A DNA stretch of 64,000 nucleotides, taken from Microcoleus sp. GTDB taxonomy: Bacteria > Cyanobacteriota > Cyanobacteriia > Cyanobacteriales > Microcoleaceae. The notes under the pieces are model-generated. The model did no database searches and was not told the DNA's origin. It was given only the letters and a program-made list of their open reading frames with translations. The stretch covers positions 4,224,001 through 4,288,000 of the forward strand of contig CP181291.1 of NCBI GenBank assembly GCA_052279835.1. The letters run 5' to 3'. A program made the translations under genes and the position numbers. This document shows positions 43,080 to 51,502 of the stretch, piece by piece. How positions within the stretch are numbered: position 1 is the first letter of the stretch; each line of letters begins with the position of its first letter.

Positions 43080-43133
43080 GCAACTTGATTTATGTCTTTA
43101 CTTGCAAAATAGTTCTTAAGTTCTATATCCCCT

Positions 43134-43403
43134 TCAAAAAGCTTGAATCCACTCTTTCACATCGTATTCAGTCCAAACCTGATTCACCCAATAAGGATCG
43201 GCCTCAACTAATTCTCGCACAGTCGCCTCGTTTTCGGCTTCGTAAATTGCAAAAACTTTGGTTAAATCTTTGGTAGGTCCGATCGTACTTAATATACCCG
43301 ATTCCTTCTGCTTAGCCAATCCTGCTAAATGAGCGTCTCGAAACGGAGCACGTTTTTCGAGGACATCTTCGCAGTAACTTCCCCACATCACATATTTAGT
43401 CAT
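43134..43403 (-). CDS. YciI-family protein
   Basis: MTKYVMWGSYC...KRAPFRDAHL...GPT...ADPYW. Confidence 0.88.
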   Translation of the reverse strand: MTKYVMWGSYCEDVLEKRAPFRDAHLAGLAKQKESGILSTIGPTKDLTKVFAIYEAENEATVRELVEADPYWVNQVWTEYDVKEWIQAF

Positions 43404-43425
43404 ATCTGTCAATCTCTCAAAAAAT

Positions 43426-43863
43426 CTAAATTTCAGGCTGTTTATCCACAATCAATGCGATCGCCATTTTCATAATATCATCTCGGTTCACCATCTTGGC
43501 AATTTCTTCGACATCATAGATTCCTTCAAAAGCTTCTAAAGCCGCCGACTTCAACGCAGATTCATAGGCATCCTCCAAAGTCTCGACTAATTCCTCTTCC
43601 GTGAGATAAGTGCCTTTCGCTTTATGTCGCTTGTTGGTGCGTTGAATTTGCTTAATTGAATTAAAAATCGAAGTTTCCCAAGACTTAGTAGTACGGTTTT
43701 CAGCAACTTTTTTAATCAGATGCAGTAGCACAATAATGCCATAACTGAAAATTTTGTTAAGCTTGTCGGACTTACTCATTTCTTCTAATTCTTCCACCAA
43801 CACTAGAGCCTCCGCAACCTTACCTCGATGTAGCAACTCCTTCAACTCCATTAATTCTTCCAT
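43426..43863 (-). CDS. DUF29-family protein
   Basis: EELEEMSKSD, LLHLIK, TTKSWETSI, AYESALKSAALEA. Confidence 0.8.
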   Translation of the reverse strand: MEELMELKELLHRGKVAEALVLVEELEEMSKSDKLNKIFSYGIIVLLHLIKKVAENRTTKSWETSIFNSIKQIQRTNKRHKAKGTYLTEEELVETLEDAYESALKSAALEAFEGIYDVEEIAKMVNRDDIMKMAIALIVDKQPEI

Positions 43864-43986
43864 AAAATTTCATGTTGTTATCATTTAATATATTATACTA
43901 AAGTCCGGCGGTTGGAAACCGCGCCTACACAAACAAAACCCACCTCCGTGGGTTATAATATTACTAAATTCATAGAGGAGAAAGCT

Positions 43987-44571
43987 ATGACTTTATTAGA
44001 CATTCGCCTGTTGACGGTTCAAGAATATCACCGAATGGCAGAAATTGGGATTCTTGATGAAGATGAACGAGTAGAATTATTGGCTGGACAGATAGTTAAG
44101 ATGGCCGCAAAAGGAACAGCACATGGTGCAGGAGTGAAACGGACTGTAGAGCTATTAGAGAACCGTTTAGGAAGGTTGGTATTGGTAAGTGTACAAGATC
44201 CAGTTCGGTTAAATAATTACTCGGAACCTGAACCAGATATTGCTTTGCTGGTGCGAGATCCACTTTACTATGAAGACCATCATTCAACTCCTTCTGAAGT
44301 TTATCTGATTATTGAGGTTGCTGATACTACGCTGAGGACTGATTTGGGGATTAAAGCGACAATTTATGCTCAGTCAGGAATTACAGATTATTGGGTCTTG
44401 GATGTTAATAATCGCCAACTTCATGTATTTCGAGAACCTACTCAGGATGGTTATCAAAGTATAGCAGTTCTTGGGGATGATGCGAGTATTTCTCCTCTGC
44501 AATTTCCTGATATTTCTTTCGATGTGCGAGATATGTTGCGGCCTTTAATTAGAGAATCCATGGCGGTTTAA
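43987..44571 (+). CDS. Uma2-family (DUF820) endonuclease-like protein
   Basis: TVQEYHRMAEIGIL, VELLAGQIV, SEPEPDIAL, LIIEVADTTL, KATIYAQSGITDYWVLD; SD GAGGAG before ATG 43987. Confidence 0.9.
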   Translation: MTLLDIRLLTVQEYHRMAEIGILDEDERVELLAGQIVKMAAKGTAHGAGVKRTVELLENRLGRLVLVSVQDPVRLNNYSEPEPDIALLVRDPLYYEDHHSTPSEVYLIIEVADTTLRTDLGIKATIYAQSGITDYWVLDVNNRQLHVFREPTQDGYQSIAVLGDDASISPLQFPDISFDVRDMLRPLIRESMAV

Positions 44572-44670
44572 ACCGCGTCTACACAGACAAAACCCACCTC
44601 CGTGGGTTCAATAAGAATCCCCTGGCGGTTTAAACCGCGTCTACACAGACAAAACCCACCTCCGTGGGTT
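44562..44670. repeat. Two tandem copies of the ~48-bp GGCGGTT(T/G)AAACCGCGTCTACAC double-hairpin repeat
   Basis: Other copies at 7458-7506, 10853-10901 (reverse) and 43907-43954. Confidence 0.85.
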
Positions 44671-44741
44671 CAATAAAGAGGCCTAGTAAGAGTTATAGGG
44701 GTTCCCAGACACAGCCGGGAACCAGTTAATTTGCTAGTTTT

Positions 44742-47189
44742 CTAGCTTCTCAAGCTAACGCCGAATTTCTCGACTAAAACATCGCGCACTTTTTGTTGGG
44801 CTGGTTCGACATCGGTGTCGCTTAAGGTTCGATCGCCTGCACGATATACTAACCTAAAAGCTAAACTGCGTTGACCCGCCGGCACGTTGTCGCCACGATA
44901 TTCGTCGAACAATTCCACCGAATCTAGTAAGTTACCGGCGGCTTTTTTCATGGCGCTTTGCATATCGACAACGGGAACTTCAATGGGTGCGAAAAATGCA
45001 ATGTCTCTGTCAGAAGCGGGGAAACTCGAATAACTGGTGAATTTGCTAGGGGCATTGTGCGATCGCTCCAAATTAGCTACTAACACTGCTAAATCTAATT
45101 GAAACACATAAACCTGCTCTGGCAAATCTTTTTCTTGCTGCAATTGCGGGTGTAACTGTCCAAAAATCCCCAAAGGTTTCCCGTTTAAGGATAATGCAGC
45201 CGTGCGCCCTGGATGCAAGCGAGAATTAGAGGAATCACTAGCATATTCGACCACCAAACCCAATTGTTGAAAGGTACTTTCTAGAATACCTTTGGCCTCA
45301 AACCAAGTCAAAGGGCGATCGCGCCCGGATTGTTGCCATTTCCACACTGTTGGGTCGCCTCCAATAATCCCGGCAACTGCGTCTGCTTCTTTCATGGCAT
45401 CCCCTTCTTTCCAGAAAATGCGACCGACTTCAAAACCGTTGAGTGCGCCGTTTCCTTGCTCCAAATTGTAGGCGAAAGCATCTATCAAACCCGACAGCAT
45501 TTCCGTCCGTAAAGCTGAATACTCGACAAACAGGGGATTTGCTAAAACCACCTGATCTTCTCCCTCAGTTTTGACTAAAGAATAGTGCATCAATTCTGTC
45601 AAACCGGCCGCCCGAAAAGCCGATCGCACATTCCGAATTGCCGCGTATTCTGGTGACAGATAACCTGGTTCCGTTTTGCTTGGTAAAGTCTCGCAGAAAT
45701 TGTCGTAGCCGTGAAGTCTGGCAACTTCTTCAATTAAATCAATTTCTCTTTCTAAATCCCGGTAGCGGTAAGGTGGAACTGCAACTGTCAATACCCGTTC
45801 TTTCTGTGCCGGAACCACTTCGCATCCCAAAGCGGTGAGAATGTTTTTTACTTCTTGCGGTTCCAAATATTCAGAACCACCTGTTTGGCCTCTTTTTAAT
45901 TTGCCTAAAACTAGATTTATGCGATCGAGACGCAATTCGAGAGTCCGGGAAAAACTCAAATCATCCCCACCAGAATTCGCCGTTTTCTGTGCTGTGGCAA
46001 CGCCTCCCGCCAACTCCAAAATTAGGGATAGGGCGCGGTTGCAAGCTGTCGCCAAGGCTGCTTGATTCACTCCCCGTTCGTAGCGGATCGAAGACTCACT
46101 TCGCAGGCCTTGAGCGCGCGCTGAACGGCGAATTGTGGCTTGGTCAAAAATTGCTGCTTCTAAGATTAAGTTTTGGGTGCCGTCGTGCACTTCTGTTTCT
46201 TCGCCGCCCATGACACCAGCCAAAGCTACGGGTTTGTCGCTAGCAGTAATTAGCAAATTTTGCGATCGCAAATTGCGGTTTTGTCCATCCAAGGTTTTGA
46301 AGGATTCGCCTGTTTTGGCAAACCGGACACCGATGTTGATATCTGGATTGCCGGTGAAAGATTGTAGGCGATCGCGATCGAAGGCGTGCAAGGGCTGACC
46401 CCATTCCAGTAAAATGTAATTAGTGACGTCAACTACATTATTAATCGGCCGCACTCCCGCCGCCTGCAACCGCTGCTGCAACCAAGCTGGAGACGGTGCA
46501 ATTTTCACTCCTTCAATCGCCGTCCCGGTGTAAATCGGGCAGCCTTCCGACTCCGCTATTTCTACTGTTAAATTTGGGCTGTCTGTTGGCTGAATTGCCA
46601 CATCTGCTGGTGCGGGAATTCTCAACTTTGCCCCTGTCAGCGCCGCTACTTCCCGCGCCACACCAACCATACTCAAAGCATCAGCACGATTCGCCGTTGC
46701 TGTCAAGTCTAAAATGACATCATCTAAACCTAAAAGCGGGCGAATATCACTGCCCAATTCCGGGTTTTCTAAGTCAAAGATGTGAATTCCTGCCGATTCT
46801 TTGGATAGTCCCAATTCTGCTAGAGAACAAATCATGCCGGCGGAGGGAACACCCCGCAATTTCGCGGGTTTAATTTTTAAATCTATCTGAGATAAAAAAG
46901 TCCCGACTACCGCGACGGGCACGTAAATGTCTGCCCTAGCGTTGGGTGCGCCACAAACAATATTTAAAGCTTCTGGTTGGCAGACATCTACTTGACAAAC
47001 TCTCAACTTGTCTGCATTGGGATGTTGTTCGATCGCCACTATTTTACCCAAAACCACGCCGTCGGCCCAAGTACGTCGGTCTTCGATCTCTTCTACTTCA
47101 AATCCGGCCATGGTCAGAGTTTCGGCTAGTTCTTCCGGGGCGATCGCCACATCCACCAATTCCCGCAGCCAATTTAGAGAAATACGCAT
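44742..47189 (-). CDS. pheT: Phenylalanine-tRNA ligase beta subunit
   Basis: [47 protein letters not shown]-terminal FDX-ACB. Confidence 0.98.
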   Translation of the reverse strand: MRISLNWLRELVDVAIAPEELAETLTMAGFEVEEIEDRRTWADGVVLGKIVAIEQHPNADKLRVCQVDVCQPEALNIVCGAPNARADIYVPVAVVGTFLSQIDLKIKPAKLRGVPSAGMICSLAELGLSKESAGIHIFDLENPELGSDIRPLLGLDDVILDLTATANRADALSMVGVAREVAALTGAKLRIPAPADVAIQPTDSPNLTVEIAESEGCPIYTGTAIEGVKIAPSPAWLQQRLQAAGVRPINNVVDVTNYILLEWGQPLHAFDRDRLQSFTGNPDINIGVRFAKTGESFKTLDGQNRNLRSQNLLITASDKPVALAGVMGGEETEVHDGTQNLILEAAIFDQATIRRSARAQGLRSESSIRYERGVNQAALATACNRALSLILELAGGVATAQKTANSGGDDLSFSRTLELRLDRINLVLGKLKRGQTGGSEYLEPQEVKNILTALGCEVVPAQKERVLTVAVPPYRYRDLEREIDLIEEVARLHGYDNFCETLPSKTEPGYLSPEYAAIRNVRSAFRAAGLTELMHYSLVKTEGEDQVVLANPLFVEYSALRTEMLSGLIDAFAYNLEQGNGALNGFEVGRIFWKEGDAMKEADAVAGIIGGDPTVWKWQQSGRDRPLTWFEAKGILESTFQQLGLVVEYASDSSNSRLHPGRTAALSLNGKPLGIFGQLHPQLQQEKDLPEQVYVFQLDLAVLVANLERSHNAPSKFTSYSSFPASDRDIAFFAPIEVPVVDMQSAMKKAAGNLLDSVELFDEYRGDNVPAGQRSLAFRLVYRAGDRTLSDTDVEPAQQKVRDVLVEKFGVSLRS

Positions 47190-47559
47190 AGTTTAGTTAG
47201 TAGTCATTAGTTATTAGTCATTAGTCCCTAGGAATTATCAAAATTTCTGACGCATACCTAATAGACATCTGGCAAAAAGCCAGTCTTGAACAGACAGGAT
47301 GCCTGTTCCACAATAATTATAGGAGATGTCTGATGACTAATGCCTTCTGCATTCTACCTTCTGGCGAATACCATTTGTTATAACTATCTAGCCCCAGAAT
47401 CAATCCAGGACTCTTAATATCATATTTAGTGAATATTGTCAAGATGTTTGAGCGATTTATCAGAAAAAACGATAATTTTCCCCAAAGGGAGATGGATCTT
47501 GGCGGATGAGTAACATTCTCATGCGAGAGAATGAGGTATGCTAGAGATATCGAAAAGTG

Positions 47560-47648
47560 CAAACAGCACCTAAGTTTAGAAAGACTTTACCGGGCAAGTT
47601 GACTGGTTGAACCCAGAATCCCCGTACCTGTATGTCGGGGAGTGTCAA
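47560..47648 (+). mobile_element. Orphan IS200/IS605 right end (omegaRNA-like 3' scaffold)
   Basis: AGAATCCCCG-TACCTGTATGT-CGGGGAGTGTCAA matches the right-end pattern of both tnpB elements; no tnpB immediately upstream. 5' limit approximate. Confidence 0.6.
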
Positions 47649-47895
47649 ACAAAAAAGGATAGCTTTAGCAAGCCTTTAAACTATCTTCCCGGATAATCAA
47701 CTGAAAAAACTCACAGCAGCGAGATGGTAAAAAAAGGGAAAAGATAGCAGCCTAAAAGACTTAGGTGTAATTCTAATTCGCGATCGGACCCACAGCCCTG
47801 GGCAACTGAGAGATAAGTATTTCTAGCAGAAGCAGGAACCGGGGATTTGTGCCCCGCGCCCATGACCAAGAAAATGGGATACAAGCCCCGTCCTT

Positions 47896-47994
47896 TTAGG
47901 ACGGCTTTTCTTGATTTCTAATATACTCCTTCAAGACCTCCAAAGGTTCGCCGCCAACGGAAACGGCAAAATAACTAGGACTCCACACAGCCAT
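47896..47994 (-). pseudogene. tnpA: C-terminal remnant of IS200-type TnpA (Y1 transposase)
   Basis: Translates MAVWSPSYFAVSVGGEPLEVLKEYIRNQEKPS*, i.e. WSPSYF and catalytic YxxxQ; no HUH part. Confidence 0.75.
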
Positions 47995-49147
47995 GAAAGC
48001 AAGATATCGCTACAGATTTTACCCAACCAGCCAACAGCAGCAGAACCTAGCTCAACTTTTTGGCTGTGTGCGGGTAGTCTGGAACGATGCTCTTGCCCTG
48101 TGCAAGCAGTCTAAGAAAAAGCCGAGTTCAGCGGATTTGCAAAAAATCGTCATTACCCAAGCCAAGAATACTGAGGAAAGGGTTTGGCTAGGAGATGTGT
48201 CGTGCGTTCCACTGCAACAATCGGTTGCCGATTTAGATGTTGCTTTCAAGAACTTTTTCAACTCCTGCAAGGGGAAAAGAAAAGGACGCAAAGTTGGATA
48301 TCCTAAGTTCAAGAAAAGGACTAACAGCCAATCGGCACGTTTTAGAGTTGGAGGGTTTTCTTTAAAAGGTGATGGAATTTATCTAGCTAAGATTGGAATT
48401 GTCAATCCAATATGGTCAAGGAAATTGCCATCTGAACCTAGTTCGGTCACGGTAACTAAGGATTGTGCAAACCGTTATTTCTTGAGCTTTGTAGTAGAGC
48501 TTCAACCTGAATTGGTTGAAGCTAAAAACCCCAGTATCGGAATCGACCTAGGAATCAAAACTTTCGCAGTAATGAGTAATGGTGATCGAGCCGAAAGTCC
48601 TAGCTATAAAAAGTTAGACCGGAAAGTTCGTAAACTACAACGCAAGTTAGCACGTCAACCAAAAGATTCTAGGAGAAGAAATGTAACTCGAATTAGAATC
48701 GCTAAGCTGCACAATCAAATTGCCGATACTCGCAAAGACGAACTGCACAAATTTTCAACCAAAATAGTCAACGAAAACCAAGTGATTGTTTTGGAAGACC
48801 TCAATGTGTCTGGCATGGTCAAGAATCGGAAACTTTCTCGTGCAATCAGCCAGCAGGGGTGGTACGAATTTAGAACGCTTTGCGAGGCTAAATCTGAGAA
48901 GTTTGGCAGGGAGTTCAAGGTGATTAGTAGGTGGGAGCCTACCAGTCAAGTTTGTTCAGGCTGTGGATTTAAGTGGGGCAAAATCGATTTATCTATTCGC
49001 TCGATACTTTGTTTGAGTTGTGGCACGCTCGCAGATAGAGATGAAAACGCCGCTAGGAATATAGAAATGGTCGGCATGGGGCATCGGCACGACCTTAAAT
49101 GTACGGTGAGACAGAGTAAGACTATCAAAGGTAGCATCAGTCGATGA
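47993..49147 (+). CDS. tnpB: TnpB RNA-guided endonuclease (intact RuvC)
   Basis: IGIDLG / VLEDL / DRDENAA triad, CSGC..CLSC zinc finger, 384 aa. Confidence 0.92.
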   Translation: MKARYRYRFYPTSQQQQNLAQLFGCVRVVWNDALALCKQSKKKPSSADLQKIVITQAKNTEERVWLGDVSCVPLQQSVADLDVAFKNFFNSCKGKRKGRKVGYPKFKKRTNSQSARFRVGGFSLKGDGIYLAKIGIVNPIWSRKLPSEPSSVTVTKDCANRYFLSFVVELQPELVEAKNPSIGIDLGIKTFAVMSNGDRAESPSYKKLDRKVRKLQRKLARQPKDSRRRNVTRIRIAKLHNQIADTRKDELHKFSTKIVNENQVIVLEDLNVSGMVKNRKLSRAISQQGWYEFRTLCEAKSEKFGREFKVISRWEPTSQVCSGCGFKWGKIDLSIRSILCLSCGTLADRDENAARNIEMVGMGHRHDLKCTVRQSKTIKGSISR

Positions 49148-49223
49148 AGCGTAAAGAATCCCCACGCGTTTACGCCGGGGAGTATGTCAATAGATGAGAA
49201 AAACATAGGCACTGTCAATCAAC

Positions 49224-50858
49224 ATGAGCTACTGCGTAAATCCCGGCTGTCCACATCCTCAAAATCCACCTGACTCGATCGTTCAGTGTCAGGCCTGCGG
49301 TGCGCGATTGCTGCTGCGTGCTCGGTATCAAGTAATTCAACCGTTAGGACAAGGAGGATTTGGGGCAACATTTCTGGCAAAAGATATATCTTTGCCCGGT
49401 CAGCCGAGTTGCGTAGTCAAGCAACTGCGACCAAGTAGTACGTCGCCACGAGTTCTAGAAATGGCGCGGGAATTATTTAAGCGAGAGGCAAAAACCCTAG
49501 GCAAACTGGGGGATCACCCCCAGGTACCCAGGCTGCTAGATTACTTTGAGGCAGAACAACAATTTTTTTTGGTTCAAGAGTATGTTAAAGGCTCGACTTT
49601 AAAACAAGAAGTCAAACAATCGGGTCGTTTAAATGAATCAGATGTTAAAAATTTTCTCTTGGAAATTCTGCCAGTAGTGCAATATATCCACAGCCAAGGA
49701 GTAATTCACCGGGACATAAAACCCGCGAATATTATTCGCCGAGTTCAAGACAACCACTTGGTGTTAATTGATTTTGGAGCAGTCAAAGATCAAGTCAGCC
49801 AAACATTATTATTAGACCCCACCGACCAAAGCGCCAACACCAAATTTTCCGTGGGGACCTTTAGTTTTGCCCCGCCGGAACAAATGGCAATGCGACCAGT
49901 ATTTGCCAGCGATATCTATGCCTTGGGCATGACTTGTCTGTATTTGCTGACAGCAAAATCGCCCAAAGATTTAGATTTCGATGGAGTCACCGGCGAAATT
50001 GTGTGGCAGCATCACGTTCACCTCAGTGCCAGTTTCGCGCGGATTCTGGAAAAAATGCTGAAACCGATGGTGGGACACCGCTTCCAATCAGCAGCCGATG
50101 TCCTCAGAGCTCTGAATGGTCAATTTGAAGACCCAAGCCTTCTCGATGGCTTAGCGACTCAATTCAACGGCAATAATGGCACTGTTGAAGAACCGACCAT
50201 ATTTAATGATGAGGGTTCTTCCTGGCCTTCCTCCAAGACTAACAAGACTAAAATGAATCGGGGATCGAAGCCGGGGCCCGCCGGTAGAAGTTCCCTAAAT
50301 CCATCCGGGAACACGGGGATGCAGCCGAGAGTTTCGCGCACTCTGGCTGAGTCCGGCAGAACCTTCGGCACAGTGGGACATTCCAGTGGCAATTTAGCAG
50401 CGTCAAAGTTACCGAAAGTCACTCCCAAGTGGGATAGTAACAGCGTGCGATCGGCATATTTTAAAGGCAAGCGCGATTTTGCAGACTGCGAACTATCTGG
50501 TCTGCAACTACAAAAAGCGCAGTTGGCGGGGGGAAATTTTTATCAGGCAAAGCTGGTGAAAACGAATTTGCAAGCAGCAGATTTGTCGGGGGCAAATTTG
50601 GGTCATGCGAGATTGATCGGGGCGAATTTGCGAGATGCTAATTTGGCTGAAGCTTATTGCAGTACGGCTAATTTTGAAGGGGCTGATTTCAGAGGTGCGG
50701 ACTTGACGGGGGCTTATTTGAGCAAGGCGAATTTACGGGGGGCAAATTTGTCGGGGGCGAATCTGACTAACGCTACAATTAGTGAAGAACAACTGGCAAT
50801 GGCCAAGACGAATTGGATGACTATTAAACCCGATGGTAAGCGAGGTTTTGGATTTTAA
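49224..50858 (+). CDS. Ser/Thr protein kinase with C-terminal pentapeptide repeats (SpkB-like)
   Basis: N-terminal CVNPGC..CQACG, LGQGGFG, HRDIKPAN, IDFG; A(N/D)LxG repeats. Confidence 0.92.
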   Translation: MSYCVNPGCPHPQNPPDSIVQCQACGARLLLRARYQVIQPLGQGGFGATFLAKDISLPGQPSCVVKQLRPSSTSPRVLEMARELFKREAKTLGKLGDHPQVPRLLDYFEAEQQFFLVQEYVKGSTLKQEVKQSGRLNESDVKNFLLEILPVVQYIHSQGVIHRDIKPANIIRRVQDNHLVLIDFGAVKDQVSQTLLLDPTDQSANTKFSVGTFSFAPPEQMAMRPVFASDIYALGMTCLYLLTAKSPKDLDFDGVTGEIVWQHHVHLSASFARILEKMLKPMVGHRFQSAADVLRALNGQFEDPSLLDGLATQFNGNNGTVEEPTIFNDEGSSWPSSKTNKTKMNRGSKPGPAGRSSLNPSGNTGMQPRVSRTLAESGRTFGTVGHSSGNLAASKLPKVTPKWDSNSVRSAYFKGKRDFADCELSGLQLQKAQLAGGNFYQAKLVKTNLQAADLSGANLGHARLIGANLRDANLAEAYCSTANFEGADFRGADLTGAYLSKANLRGANLSGANLTNATISEEQLAMAKTNWMTIKPDGKRGFGF

Positions 50859-50861
50859 GAA

Positions 50862-51405
50862 GTTATTGGTTATTGGTTATTGGTTATTGGTTATTGGTTA
50901 TTGGTTATTGGTTATTGGTTATTGGTTATTTGTTATTGGTTATTTGTTATTTGTTATTGGGCAACCCCCCCAAGGAGTGATATCGTTTCCGGTTGCATCG
51001 GAATGATTTAACCACAGAGAACACAGAGAACACAGAGAGATCAGAGAGAAATGAATAATTCCGATGAATAGAGGAATTGATATGAATTGGGAATTGGGAA
51101 TTGGGAACTGGGAATTGGGAATTGGGAACTGGGAATTGGGCAACTCCCCCCTACCCCCCCAAGGGGGGAATTGCGAATTGGGAATTGGCGATTGGGAATT
51201 GGGAATTGGGAACTGGGAATTGGGAATTGGGAATTGGCGATTGGGCAACCCCCCCCTACCCCCCCCAAGGGGGGAATTGCGAATGGGGAATTGAAACTGA
51301 CAACTAAAAACAAATAACCAATAACCAATAACCAATAACCAATAACCAATAACCAATAACCAATAACCAATAACCAATAACCAATAACCAATAACCAATA
51401 ACCAA
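50862..51405. repeat. Composite repeat tract: (GGTTATT)n, MITE-like element, (GGGAATT)n with C/G hairpins, (CCAATAA)n
   Basis: Directly visible; the outer heptamer runs are mutually inverted. Confidence 0.9.
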
Positions 51406-51502
51406 TTCCCCTAATCAGGTAATTCTCTTGGAGGAAGCCCGATCGCCCGTTGGCCACCTAAATTGAACATTCAGCAAGGTCGGACTCGATCGCACCTAAC
51501 CC

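Larger units (their letters stand above)
47867..49190 (+). mobile_element. IS605-type element with intact tnpB and deleted tnpA
   Basis: Same left end as 28451 after TGAC; right end ...CCGGGGAGTATGTCAA. Confidence 0.88.

Noticed and set aside
50940..51457. ORFs with LLVIGYW / GIGNWEL repeats
   Set aside because: Translations of heptamer tandem repeats, open in several frames.
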